NCBI GenBank assembly: GCA_965222075.1
Contig: OZ244937.1
Coordinates: 4,384,001-4,448,000, forward strand
Length of the DNA stretch: 64,000 nt
Source of the DNA: Candidatus Latescibacterota bacterium
GTDB lineage: Bacteria > Latescibacterota > UBA2968 > GCA-2709665
Reading direction: 5' to 3'
Shown: positions 49,115 to 59,005 of the stretch, piece by piece
Layout of the letters: every line of letters starts with the position of its first letter
Position numbering within the stretch: the stretch's first letter is position 1
Notes under the pieces: model-generated
Databases searched by the model: none
What the model was told of the DNA's origin: nothing
Seen by the model: only the letters and a program-made list of their open reading frames with translations
Position numbers and translations under genes: made by a program

Positions 49115-50107
49115 ATGGCTACAATCAAAGATATTGCCCTGCTGACCGGGACTTCTTCTACAGCGGTTTCGTTTGTTCTGAACAATAAGGATCGAAAGCG
49201 GGTAAGCCCTGAAAAGCGTAAGGCTATACTCGAGGCCGCAAAAAAATACGGATATCGAAAAAACATCGCGGCCCGTGGGCTGGCGCTGAAGCGGACATTT
49301 AAAATCGCCACTTGTGTACAGGGATTCTTCGAGCAGCATCCTGTCTTCGGGTTCCTTGACCAGTACCAAACCATCAGTCTTCTCGCCCGGAAACTTCCAG
49401 CGATTGGCTATGGTATGGAGTTTGTCCAGGTTGATACAGAGGCGTCTCCTTCTGAAATCTCGAGGACATTAGCACAGGAGAAAGCAGACGGCTTTGTGTT
49501 TGCCTACTGGGACCCTCAGCTGCTGAGACGGGTTATTCCTTCACTCAAGCAGAAGGGAATACCGGCGGTTGCTCTTGGTACCATGCTGGGGAGGGACTAC
49601 GATTGGGCTGCGATCGATAGGGAAGGGGGATTCTGCAAAGCCACTTCCTACCTTCTGGGGAGTGGTCTGACAAGGATTGCGCTGCTCGATTGCGGCTTGG
49701 GGCTCTACGGAGGATCCAAACGGGCAGGATACGAAAAGGCCATGCAGGCGGCAGGATACTCGCCGCACCCTGTCTTTTCAGCCGAGTCGCCAAAGATCAA
49801 GCCGGTCAGTGAGGCGACGGAAAGGATGGTGGATGCCTGTCCTGAAATCGAGGCGGTGTTGATCTCAGAGAATCTCTTCGCGCCCACGGTGATGCATGCC
49901 CTCGGCGGTCGACGGGTGCGGATAATCGGATGCGGCGACCGTTGCTTTGCCAATATCTGTCACCCAAAGCTCTCGTACTTGGAGTTCCCCGGCAGAAAGC
50001 TCGTCGATGTCTGCATAGATAATGTGATCGGGCAAATCGAATCTCCCGACACGCACCGTTCGCGGCAGACGATCGTGGAATGTGACCTTGTGATTCAGGA
50101 GACCTGA
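49115..50107 (+). CDS. LacI family transcriptional regulator
   Basis: MATIKDIALLTGTSSTAVSFVLN HTH, hinge GYRKNIAARGL, periplasmic-binding-protein-like C-domain. Confidence 0.93.
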   Translation: MATIKDIALLTGTSSTAVSFVLNNKDRKRVSPEKRKAILEAAKKYGYRKNIAARGLALKRTFKIATCVQGFFEQHPVFGFLDQYQTISLLARKLPAIGYGMEFVQVDTEASPSEISRTLAQEKADGFVFAYWDPQLLRRVIPSLKQKGIPAVALGTMLGRDYDWAAIDREGGFCKATSYLLGSGLTRIALLDCGLGLYGGSKRAGYEKAMQAAGYSPHPVFSAESPKIKPVSEATERMVDACPEIEAVLISENLFAPTVMHALGGRRVRIIGCGDRCFANICHPKLSYLEFPGRKLVDVCIDNVIGQIESPDTHRSRQTIVECDLVIQET

Positions 50108-50507
50108 TTGGGCGAAGGGGTGAAAGCGAGTTTTTGAGAAGGCCGTACATAAAAGAGCCGTTAGCCACCAACCTGGCGGGGAGGAAGCTAACGACTCGGA
50201 GGATTGAAAAGATCGCAAAGTCCCTTCAATCACAAAAATACCGACCTACAGATTCTTCGTATCAATGTCAAGCAGAAAAAGGGGTGATATTTGAGTTGAA
50301 AGAAAATAAGCTCGTTTAATAATCTGGTATCCCAGGGTGTTATTTCTGAAGGAGGTGATGCGAATCCATTTGTCGGTGATGAGTGGGGATCTGCGGCCGA
50401 CGTCGGGCTGGGGGATTGACAGCGAAACTTCCAATTCGGTTGTTTGACATCGGTGCGGGGTTGATGTTCTGCTTTTCCGGAGGTAACATCCAAAGGAGGA
50501 CGAAACG

Positions 50508-53500
50508 ATGAAGGCAAATAGATGGTTTCTCGCCGAGGTTCTGTTCCTGGTCGTGGCCCTGCCCTTTTCGAGCGCCTTTGCGGGCACGACGGGGAAGATC
50601 ACCGGACGGGTCACCGACGCAGCGGGATCGCCCCTGCCGGGCGCCAGCGTGGTGATTGAGGACACGCAGCGGGGCGCGATTACCGACGCGGAGGGCTTCT
50701 ATCTGATCCTGTTGGTGGACCCGGGCGCCTACGATCTGTCCGCGTCGCTGGTCGGGTATGCGAATGTGACGAAGCAGGATGTGAGGGTCACGGTAGATTA
50801 TACCTCGACGGTGAATTTCGAGTTGAGGGAGGAGGCGATCGAGGCGGCCGAGATCGTGGTGACCGCGGAGCGTCCGCCGGTGGAGTTAGACAAGACCACG
50901 ACGAAGTATATTGTGTCTGCCGAGGATATTGAGCAGACGCCGATCATCAAGACAACGGGAGAGTTCATCAAGCTGCAGCCCGGCGTGGATATGGCCGGGA
51001 GTTTCTCGGTGCGGGGTACGAATGTAGGCTATGCCGGGAATTTCAGGGTGCAGGGCAGTCCGTCCTACAGGGTTAACGCCGTTAATGTGGTGATCGATGG
51101 AGTCCGGATCTCCGGCCTGGACGGGGCAGCCGCCGCTCTGTTCACGGGGGTAAACAAGAGCGCGGTGCAGCAGATCTCGATCGAGACGGGCGTGACCCCG
51201 GCGGAGTACGGGGACGCGCGAGCGGGAACGATCAACATCGTCACGAAGGATGGTGGAAAGCAGTTCCACGGGTGGACGGAGGTCATCCTCGAGACTGCGG
51301 GTAAGAAGCACTGGGGTGCGAACATCTACGACGCCCCGGAGCACCGGGACCATATGAAGTGGGACGATCCGGAGTGGTTGAAGGAGACGGACCCGCTGAC
51401 GGGCCGGATCATCTACGTGCGGGAGGACTACACCAGCTACAACGGCATCGGCTTGGAGGGCACCCTGTCGGGGCCGGTAGGGTCCAGGGCGTCGTTTGTG
51501 GCCTCGTTGAAACACGACCGGCGGGCGCCCATCTTCCCGGACGCGACGAACCACGGCTTCTACAACGACACCGGGCACTATGTCAACGCCCCGAACAACA
51601 TCCAGGGGTCCGGGAGCATCACCTTTAAGCCCACGGGTAGCACGAAGTTTAAGGCCGGCCTGATCCTGCAGCGGTACACGGCGTTCAACAACGAGGTAAA
51701 CTTCCGCTTTCGGGGGGTCAATGGCTTTATCCGGGGACGTCACGGGAGGGCGGGGCTGCGCAATCTCTTCCTGCCGAAGGAGTGGGCGGCGTCGGGCAAG
51801 TACAACTACCAGGAGGACTTAGAGTACCTGACGTTGGCGCACGCCATCTCGCCGAAGACGTTCTACGAGGTGCGGATCGCGCGCAGCCACACGCACCAGG
51901 ACACGGTTGGCGCGCCTACCTTTACGGACAGACCGCGGACGGATAGGAGCGGATGGTTCTACATCGACGGGCAGGTGGCGACGTGGGCGCAGTCGAGGCG
52001 GACGCGGTGGAGCCTCAAGGCGGACCTGTCCAGCCAGCTCACGAAAAGGAACTTTGTGAAGACCGGCTTCGAGATCATCAGGTTCAACGTCTATTACACC
52101 CAGTGGGCGGCACTATCGAAGACGAACAACATGTTCTCATTCTACGCGGGCGGGGACGAGCCCTGGCGGATGGGCAGCCCTGCGACGCCGATCCGGGGCG
52201 GGGTCTACGTGCAGGACAAGATGGAGTTCGAGGGGATGATCGTGAACGTGGGCGTGCGTTTAGACTTCCAGAAGCACACGCACAAGGAACTGGTGAGTGC
52301 GGCGCTTATGCCGATGCCGATGTGGGCGTACTACAACACACGCCAGAATGCATACGCCAGCAGGTTTGCGAAGACGCCGCCGATGGAGTTTCACCTCAGT
52401 CCCAGGCTGGGGGTTTCGCACCCGCTCACGGACCGGATGAAGCTACACTTTTCGCTGGGCAAGTTCGTCCAGTGGGTCGACTTCTACGCCCTTTATGCGA
52501 AGACCTACTACAACGCAGGCAAGCTCGGTCCGGACGGGGATCCGAACTGGTTCGACGTGAACGGGAACGGGGTGAGGGATCCGGCCGAGACCTATGCCAG
52601 TATGGTGCCCGCAAACAGCGGCGTGAGCGCGGACCCGCACGACGCGCGCGCGGAGCAGGCGCTCACCTTTGAGGTGGGCACCGACTGGAACTTCGTGTCC
52701 GACTACACGGCGTCGGTGACGATGTTTTACCGGAGCGATACGAATAACTACGCGCCTCAGTTAGCCGGCTACGTCGGGCGGAGTATCGGGAGGAGCGGGA
52801 GGGGGGCGGCGAGCGATTATGCGGCCTTTAACAAAGGCTTCGAGGTGTCGGTCGGAAAGCGGCTGAGCCACTACTTCGGCTTCCGCGTCGGCTGGTATTT
52901 GCAGTGGGGGGCGAATGGCTGGATGGGTCTCGCGAACTCGCTTTCCCGCACGTTCGCCGACTCTAACTTCGTGTCTGGCCCGGATTACTTTGAGGCGTGG
53001 CAGCCGAACCCGGATGGGTCGAGGTCGCCGGTGGCGATGTCTCAGGAGGATACTGAAAAGACGGGCCGCAGCAATAACCAGCGCGCGCGGGCCTGGAGCG
53101 CGCAGTATGAGAACGACCATCTGACCTACTTCGGCAAGCATGCGGAGCTGAAGGACGAGGCATTCTACCGGGCCCTTCTCCCGTGGCCCGGGAATCCCGT
53201 CATGGTGGCCTACGGATCTACGGGCGCCCGCCTCGATTCCCAGACGAACCTGCAGTTTATTCTGAACACGCCCTCTGACGTCCGGTTCGGTCCCCGCTTC
53301 CTGGGCTGGCTGGCCAGCGACCTGAACGCGAACATGCTCTGGAAGCTGCGATCGGGCGACCGGGCCAGATGGGTGCCGCCGGGGTCGACATTCCAAGGCC
53401 GGCGGCTGGATCGGGGTGCGGTGGATGCGGCCACGGACCTGAGCGCGGAGAAGGTGTTCAACGCCAAAGGGAGGGTGCGCCCCTCCTTCTTCATCGAGGT

Positions 53501-53675
53501 CCGGAACCTGTTTAACGACAAGATCGATAGGAGCGGGGGGGCGAATTACATGCGGTGGGGCCTGCAGATGGCCCCCCCGGACAACAAGGACTTTAAACAG
53601 TACGGAGATACGGGGGACCGGAGCTACTACCGCGCCCCGAGACAGACGAACCTTGGCATCCGCGTGGTCTTTTAA
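50508..53675 (+). CDS. TonB-dependent receptor with N-terminal carboxypeptidase-regulatory-like domain
   Basis: Signal peptide, GTTGKITGRVTD...PLPGASV, plug motif PAEYGD...GTINIVTK, YVQDKMEF, SPRLGVSHP, C-terminal Phe. Confidence 0.9.
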   Translation: MKANRWFLAEVLFLVVALPFSSAFAGTTGKITGRVTDAAGSPLPGASVVIEDTQRGAITDAEGFYLILLVDPGAYDLSASLVGYANVTKQDVRVTVDYTSTVNFELREEAIEAAEIVVTAERPPVELDKTTTKYIVSAEDIEQTPIIKTTGEFIKLQPGVDMAGSFSVRGTNVGYAGNFRVQGSPSYRVNAVNVVIDGVRISGLDGAAAALFTGVNKSAVQQISIETGVTPAEYGDARAGTINIVTKDGGKQFHGWTEVILETAGKKHWGANIYDAPEHRDHMKWDDPEWLKETDPLTGRIIYVREDYTSYNGIGLEGTLSGPVGSRASFVASLKHDRRAPIFPDATNHGFYNDTGHYVNAPNNIQGSGSITFKPTGSTKFKAGLILQRYTAFNNEVNFRFRGVNGFIRGRHGRAGLRNLFLPKEWAASGKYNYQEDLEYLTLAHAISPKTFYEVRIARSHTHQDTVGAPTFTDRPRTDRSGWFYIDGQVATWAQSRRTRWSLKADLSSQLTKRNFVKTGFEIIRFNVYYTQWAALSKTNNMFSFYAGGDEPWRMGSPATPIRGGVYVQDKMEFEGMIVNVGVRLDFQKHTHKELVSAALMPMPMWAYYNTRQNAYASRFAKTPPMEFHLSPRLGVSHPLTDRMKLHFSLGKFVQWVDFYALYAKTYYNAGKLGPDGDPNWFDVNGNGVRDPAETYASMVPANSGVSADPHDARAEQALTFEVGTDWNFVSDYTASVTMFYRSDTNNYAPQLAGYVGRSIGRSGRGAASDYAAFNKGFEVSVGKRLSHYFGFRVGWYLQWGANGWMGLANSLSRTFADSNFVSGPDYFEAWQPNPDGSRSPVAMSQEDTEKTGRSNNQRARAWSAQYENDHLTYFGKHAELKDEAFYRALLPWPGNPVMVAYGSTGARLDSQTNLQFILNTPSDVRFGPRFLGWLASDLNANMLWKLRSGDRARWVPPGSTFQGRRLDRGAVDAATDLSAEKVFNAKGRVRPSFFIEVRNLFNDKIDRSGGANYMRWGLQMAPPDNKDFKQYGDTGDRSYYRAPRQTNLGIRVVF

Positions 53676-53714
53676 TTCAGGTTGGCGTTGAAACGTACTT
53701 AAGGAGGATAAGAT

Positions 53715-55334
53715 ATGAGAGCGCGACGATGGGCGACGTCGGCCGCTGCAGTCGGTGCGGCGCTGGTCCTTTCCGCGACGGCGGGGCTCCGGGAGGTATA
53801 CCCCCAGGAGTATGAAGTGATTACGGGGCCTTCGGCGCAACTCTACCGAAGCCTGCTTTCGACCGGCATCACGGCCCTGGGTTACCACGGGAGCTACCTC
53901 CGTGTCGGGAGTGGCGTCCCGATGAACTACCCGCGCAATATGGAGCCCCATAATGCACCGGAAGCCGGGGCCTACGGAGACACCCGGCTCAAGGGTACGA
54001 CCCAGCATCTTGCCTACTACATGTTCCAGCGCGCGGGCCACGGGGTGTGGACGTTTACCCAGGACGGGAGCGTGATCTACACGGGCCCCCGGCGGGACAA
54101 GGAGGAGCTGCTCGCGTCGGTGCAATACGACGTGAGCGTGGACCCGGACCTGTCGGTGCTAGGCACGGAGTTCTACCGGCACCGCCGGCCCGCAGTGAAG
54201 CTGGGAAACGGCCTGCCGTTTCCCAGCGGGTATGTGGAGACGCACCTGGGTGGGAACTGGTGGTCGGGTTCCGATCTGATCGAGAGGATCAAGGCCTCCG
54301 GTGAGGAGTCACCGGTCCACATTATGAACTTCAACCTCTCCGCGTACCCGACCTACGACGAGTGGCCCGAAGAGATCATCGTCACAAAGTGGACGAACGA
54401 CCAGGGGCTGACCTTCACGGAGCGGGTGTCCGCCTGGAGCCACCCCGACTTCGACGACCTCTTCATCGACGAATACGTGGTTGAGAATACGGGCGACACG
54501 AACGGGGACGGCGAGCCGGACGGGCCCGTGATCGCCCGGAACGACCTCTACATCGGGTTTATGGACCGGTTCGCTCCCAGCGCTACGGGGGCGCACGGGG
54601 GGGGCGTATACAATCATCAATGGCAGGACGAGCGGGTGAACCTCATGGACGATTGGTACGCTTACGACGGAGGGATCAAGCTGCTCTCCGTGCGGGACGG
54701 CGACCATCCGACCCTGCTCGACTGGGACGACACGGGCGATCCGTACAAGGCGGCGTTTGCATTCAAAAAGCTCGGCCAGCCCGAAGGCACGCTGCTGTCC
54801 CCCACGCAGGTGGGTGTGGGCGTGGTCGCGTATACGGACGATGCGGCCAGTTCTTACCGGTTCAATGCGCGGGATATGAAGGAGGGCTACGTGGCGCCGG
54901 AGGGGGACCAGCCCTACGCCGTGCGCTACTGGGAGTCGTCCTCAGAACAGTATCAGGAGGACCCCAGAGCGGGCACGACCTCGGACCAGGAGATCTACTC
55001 CGAGGTCGTGGGTGCAGGCCGCCGGATCCAGGAACCCCCGGCAGTTCCAAGCGGGCAGTTCTCCATGCTCCTCTTCGGGCCGTACGACCTGCCTCCCGGC
55101 GGAAAGGCGAAGATCGTGCTGGCCTATCTGGCGGGACATCCCGGCCAGGTGCTTGGGAATACGGACCCGTGGATGTGGGCATTTAAAGGCAATCAGGTCG
55201 AACTGCCCAGGGGCCTGGACGCGCTGAAGCAGAACTTCGAGGCCGCGCAGTTTGCCTATGACAATGCCTTTGACCTTCCGGACGCGCCGCCGGATGTGAA
55301 CTTCCGGACGGGCAGCAGCCGGATGCCGCTATGA
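53715..55334 (+). CDS. Secreted hypothetical protein, N-terminal part of a split T9SS-CTD-like protein
   Basis: AAGGAGG RBS, signal peptide, ENTGDTNGDG Ca-binding-like loop, FGPYDL, ends AQFAYDNAFDLPDAPP. Confidence 0.72.
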   Translation: MRARRWATSAAAVGAALVLSATAGLREVYPQEYEVITGPSAQLYRSLLSTGITALGYHGSYLRVGSGVPMNYPRNMEPHNAPEAGAYGDTRLKGTTQHLAYYMFQRAGHGVWTFTQDGSVIYTGPRRDKEELLASVQYDVSVDPDLSVLGTEFYRHRRPAVKLGNGLPFPSGYVETHLGGNWWSGSDLIERIKASGEESPVHIMNFNLSAYPTYDEWPEEIIVTKWTNDQGLTFTERVSAWSHPDFDDLFIDEYVVENTGDTNGDGEPDGPVIARNDLYIGFMDRFAPSATGAHGGGVYNHQWQDERVNLMDDWYAYDGGIKLLSVRDGDHPTLLDWDDTGDPYKAAFAFKKLGQPEGTLLSPTQVGVGVVAYTDDAASSYRFNARDMKEGYVAPEGDQPYAVRYWESSSEQYQEDPRAGTTSDQEIYSEVVGAGRRIQEPPAVPSGQFSMLLFGPYDLPPGGKAKIVLAYLAGHPGQVLGNTDPWMWAFKGNQVELPRGLDALKQNFEAAQFAYDNAFDLPDAPPDVNFRTGSSRMPL

Positions 55335-56122
55335 CAGTGGACTGGCCCGTCTCGGTCGAGCAGGCGGCGCACCCGGACTACGGATCCGCGGATATTGCAG
55401 GCTACCGGGTCTACCGCTCGACCTGGTTCGACGTGGGGCCCTGGGAGTTGATCGCCGACTTCAAGGCCGGAGAGAGTCCGGAGACCACCTCCTACCGGGT
55501 GTCACGCGGGAATGAACCCGCGTTCGGTGAGCTGTATCTATTCGAGGACAAGACGTCGGTGGCCGGGTCCTTCTACCACTACAGCGTGCGCGTCTACGCC
55601 GACCCCCACGCGAGCTGGACCCCGGGCATCAGCGACCCGAGCGTTCACCCGCTTTCTATGGCGGACCTGCCGGGGCACATCGCCTCGCACGTGCAGGTGG
55701 GGCAGGAGGGGGGCTGGTCCGCATCGACCCAGCGAATCTACGCGGCCGAGTCGCCCTTTGCGATTCCATCGACGGCGTCGGAGGCGTCGGAGGCGAGGGT
55801 GCGGGTGGTGCCCAACCCCTTCATTGGATCCGGGTGGCACCAAGTTCCCGGTCAGACGTCGCATTCGTATGGGGGGTCCCCGAAGATCCGGTTCGTGGGC
55901 GTTCCGTCGCACTGCCGGATTCAGGTCTACTCGGTGTCGGGAGAACTGGTTTCCGACTTTATCCATACCAATTCGACCAGGGGGGAGGCCGATTACAATC
56001 AGGTCACGTGGACCAACAACGGACCTATCGCTACGGGGGTCTACTTCTGGGTGGTGGAGAACCTGATCGAGGGGTCCAACAAGGGAAAGATTCAGAGGGG
56101 CACCCTCATGGTGGTTCGATAA
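55331..56122 (+). CDS. C-terminal part: FN3-like region plus T9SS CTD/FlgD-Ig-like domain
   Basis: DIAGYRVYRS, YHYSV, VRVVPNPF, IRF..VP..C.IQVYSVSGELV, TGVYFWVVE, terminal LMVVR. Lies in the -1 frame relative to the upstream ORF. Confidence 0.72.
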   Translation: MTVDWPVSVEQAAHPDYGSADIAGYRVYRSTWFDVGPWELIADFKAGESPETTSYRVSRGNEPAFGELYLFEDKTSVAGSFYHYSVRVYADPHASWTPGISDPSVHPLSMADLPGHIASHVQVGQEGGWSASTQRIYAAESPFAIPSTASEASEARVRVVPNPFIGSGWHQVPGQTSHSYGGSPKIRFVGVPSHCRIQVYSVSGELVSDFIHTNSTRGEADYNQVTWTNNGPIATGVYFWVVENLIEGSNKGKIQRGTLMVVR

Positions 56123-56145
56123 ATACGACGAAGGAGGATAGAACC

Positions 56146-57129
56146 GTGAGAAAGTTTCGTTTGACACTCCTGCTTGCCGCGATGGGGATGCTCCTGCTTG
56201 CGCCTCCGGGCGGTGCGGTGGTGAAAGAGACCGTAGAGCGCCGCTCTGACACGCATAAATGGTCCGGGCTGGGCGGCTTTCAGTTCCTCAAGATCGGGCA
56301 AGGGGCGCGGCCGGTGGCGATGGGGGAAGCGTATATGGCCGTGGCCGACGACATCAACGCAATCTTCTGGAACCCGGCCGGGCTGACGGATGTCCGCAGG
56401 ACGGCCTGGACGGCCACGTATACGAAATGGCTGGTGGACTCCAACATCTTCAGTGGGGCGGTGGCCTGGAACACGGGCACGGCTCGGGGCGGTGTGCTGG
56501 GTTTGGGCGTGGTCGCCTTCCAGCCCAAAGACTTCGAGGAGACGACGATCTTCCAGCCCAACGGAACGGGGCAGAGCGTGTCGGTCGGGGATATGGGCAT
56601 CGGCGTGGTCTACGCGCTGAAGCTTACGGACAAGTTCTCGTTCGGCGCCCGGATGTCGTGGGTCCACCAGAGCCTGTATACGTGGAGCATCAATCAGTTC
56701 ACCCTGGACGTGGGGACGCGCTTCTACACCGGTTTCAGGAGCCTGCGCGTGGCCATGGCGCTGAAGAGCTTCGGTCCGGACAAAAGGATACTGCAGGCCA
56801 CCTTTGTCATGCCGCTCACGTATCACGTAGCCGCAGCCGCAGAACTCTTCGGGGAGAAGGGCGACCCGGGGTATCTGACGGTGACAGGGGAGACGCTGTA
56901 TGTGTCGGACTACGGCCTGCGCGCCCACTTAGGAGCGGAGTTGTGGCTGCAGAGCATCTTTGCGCTGCGAGCGGGCTACAAGTTCTCCTATGAGGCGGAC
57001 TCCTTCACCGTGGGTATGGGCCTGAAGTACGACATGCACGCCGACCGGGCGTTGACCGTGGACGTCTCCTACTCCGAGATGAAGCGTTTTAGCGCCCCCA
57101 TCCGGGTGACGATCGGAGGAGAGTTCTAA
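56146..57129 (+). CDS. PorV/PorQ (UPF0164)-like outer-membrane beta-barrel
   Basis: FLKIGQGARPVAMGEAY.AVADD.NAIFWNPAGL, ALRAGY, C-terminal Phe. AAGGAGG RBS. Confidence 0.87.
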   Translation: MRKFRLTLLLAAMGMLLLAPPGGAVVKETVERRSDTHKWSGLGGFQFLKIGQGARPVAMGEAYMAVADDINAIFWNPAGLTDVRRTAWTATYTKWLVDSNIFSGAVAWNTGTARGGVLGLGVVAFQPKDFEETTIFQPNGTGQSVSVGDMGIGVVYALKLTDKFSFGARMSWVHQSLYTWSINQFTLDVGTRFYTGFRSLRVAMALKSFGPDKRILQATFVMPLTYHVAAAAELFGEKGDPGYLTVTGETLYVSDYGLRAHLGAELWLQSIFALRAGYKFSYEADSFTVGMGLKYDMHADRALTVDVSYSEMKRFSAPIRVTIGGEF

Positions 57130-57143
57130 AGGGTGGCGGTCGG

Positions 57144-57245
57144 GAAAAGCCAGAAGCAGATGGCTGGCTGTTTTCGTCCAGGACAGGGAGACTCATCAGG
57201 GAGGCCCGGCCGGTCTGAACGGGGGGAACGAGCCGGACGGGCCTC
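57144..57245 (+). terminator. Two hairpins after the PorV-like gene
   Basis: GAAAAGCCAG...CTGGCTGTTTTC (57144-57175) and GAGGCCCG...CGGGCCTC (57201-57245). Confidence 0.5.
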
Positions 57246-57349
57246 GATTTCTATGGACCGGCGGTTCTCTTCTTGATCAGAGGGAGACCGCCGGTTATCT
57301 TTGGCTGCAAGCGCAATATGCGATTGAGAGACCTCGTTAACAGAGGAGG

Positions 57350-57728
57350 TCGCGCATCCGGCTCACCGTGGACGACCGGCCGGTGCTTTATTGCATCAAT
57401 GAGGAGGGCGAACCTTACGGAGGGGGGAAGTTCGGGTTCCGGCAGCTCTATCTCAGCACAATCAGTTACGACAACCTGAGGGTCTACGAGGCCGCGATGC
57501 CGGGCCGGAAGGTTCATCTCTCCTCCCCCCACTGGGAGGTCCATGAGGAATGAGAAGATGATCTGAGCTTGTCATCGGCCTGCCATTCGTCAGACGGTGG
57601 CCTTTATGGTGTTTCTGCCGTGCGTTCTTCTCGCGCCCCATTCGGCGCGTCACTACATGCGGTATGATCCGGACAAGCTCGGGGGTGTTTAGATCGAGAC
57701 CTTCCTGGGGACGCTCGCGGCGGAGAGG
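57350..57728 (+). pseudogene. Chimeric scar: lectin-fold 3' fragment, propeller 3' end, DegT internal fragment
   Basis: RIRLTVDDRPVL...GGKFGFRQ...YDNLRVY joined to the 57499-57587 repeat. 57643-57728 resembles DegT 35388-35481. Confidence 0.7.
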
Positions 57729-58813
57729 GCCAGGGCTTTCACGCAAACTGCCCCGGGGACCTCGACGGGACTCCCAACCGGGTGGAGGGCGCCGGTATCT
57801 GCATCGATTCGGAAGGCGGTGACCGTGTTGCCGCGTTGATTGGCCGAGAGGAGGAAGCATCCGGTGGGGTCGATTTCCAGGTTCCAGGGCCATGCACCGC
57901 CCGAGGGTTGGTGGCTGACAGGCGTTAATTCGCCTGTGGAAGCGTCGATTGACATGATGGCGATGCTGTCGTGGCCGCGGTTGGAGCCGTAGAGGAAGCG
58001 CCCGGATAGGTGTACCTGGAGGTCGGCGCAGTGGTTTTCGCCGTCATAGTCATCGGGTAACGCCGAGAGGGTCTGGCGTTCGGCGAGGGTTCCGGATTTG
58101 GCGTTGTAATTGTAGACGACGAGCGTGCTGTCGAGTTCGTTGAGCAGATAGGCTTTGTTTCCGTCCGGGTGGAAGGCGATGTGTCTGGGGCCTGCGCCGG
58201 GGCGGGTTGAGACGGAGGGTTGTTCGTTGGGTTCGAGCCTGGCTGAGGATGCGTCCAACCGGTAGATCATGACTTTGTCAATGCCGAGGTCGGCGGCGAG
58301 CGCGTAACGGTGATCCGGTGAGAGTACGATGGAGTGGGGGTGCGGTCCCTCCTGGCGTTCGGAGTTGACGCTGCATCCCTTGTGCTGAACCACCTGGACC
58401 TCCGGATCGAGTCGACCGTTTTTGTTTATTCGAAATGCGGCTACGCTTCCGGAGCCGTAGTTTGCCGCGAGCAGGCACTGATCGGTCCGATCGATGCTCA
58501 GATAGCAGGGAACCGTTCCTTTTGTGTGTTGTTCGCTTCGCAGCACAAGGTCGCCTGTCTGGGGGGCGATGGAGAAGGTTTTAATGCTGCCACCGGGTTG
58601 GCCGTTGAATTCGTTGATGACACAGGCGGCGTAGAGGTAACGGTCGCCTGAGCCGGTAGCGAGGAAGAAGGGGTTGTGGACATCCGGGACCTTCGATACG
58701 GCCTCCAGTTCACCAGATGAGGGATCGAGGTGAAGGATGTGCAGGCCTTCGGTTCGGTCGTCGGTGTAGGTGCCGACGTAGACTGTGGTGCGACCGCCAG
58801 TTTGATTTGACAT
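57689..58813 (-). CDS. pgl: 6-phosphogluconolactonase (lactonase, 7-bladed propeller)
   Basis: YVGTYT, ANYGSGSV, RQEGPHPH, DLGID, GAGPRH, SNRGHDSI. The C-terminus reads into the antisense DegT remnant. Confidence 0.88.
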   Translation of the reverse strand: MSNQTGGRTTVYVGTYTDDRTEGLHILHLDPSSGELEAVSKVPDVHNPFFLATGSGDRYLYAACVINEFNGQPGGSIKTFSIAPQTGDLVLRSEQHTKGTVPCYLSIDRTDQCLLAANYGSGSVAAFRINKNGRLDPEVQVVQHKGCSVNSERQEGPHPHSIVLSPDHRYALAADLGIDKVMIYRLDASSARLEPNEQPSVSTRPGAGPRHIAFHPDGNKAYLLNELDSTLVVYNYNAKSGTLAERQTLSALPDDYDGENHCADLQVHLSGRFLYGSNRGHDSIAIMSIDASTGELTPVSHQPSGGAWPWNLEIDPTGCFLLSANQRGNTVTAFRIDADTGALHPVGSPVEVPGAVCVKALALSAASVPRKVSI

Positions 58814-58980
58814 TTGCGGAGCTCCTGGGTTTAGAAACGCGTGGTCTCAAGGCAAATAAGCATGAGACGTCGGAAGACGGGAAGGAGGGTTTTAATGATG
58901 GGTTGTGCACCTGCTTGTGGGATCACTATCTAAACGTAACGAAATATAATTCCGGGTGCAGGAATAAACAATACATAATC

Positions 58981-58994
58981 TAAGAAGCTTCTTA
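58981..58994. promoter_or_regulatory. Perfect 14-bp palindrome abutting an RBS
   Basis: TAAGAAGCTTCTTA in an AT-rich divergent spacer. Confidence 0.45.
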
Positions 58995-59005
58995 AGGAGA
59001 ATGAT

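Noticed and set aside
50108-50507. Riboswitch or leader peptide before the TonB receptor (AAGGAGGTGA near 50350)
   Set aside because: No cobalamin or TPP consensus recognised, and no well-spaced start codon after the SD-like word.
55834-56145. N-terminal extension of the PorV-like ORF
   Set aside because: It overlaps the upstream CDS. A strong RBS and signal peptide begin at 56146.
41372-57587. Diversity-generating retroelement (3'-end repeats of the propeller gene as TR/VR)
   Set aside because: No reverse transcriptase in the window. Differences are few, include an indel and are not adenine-specific.
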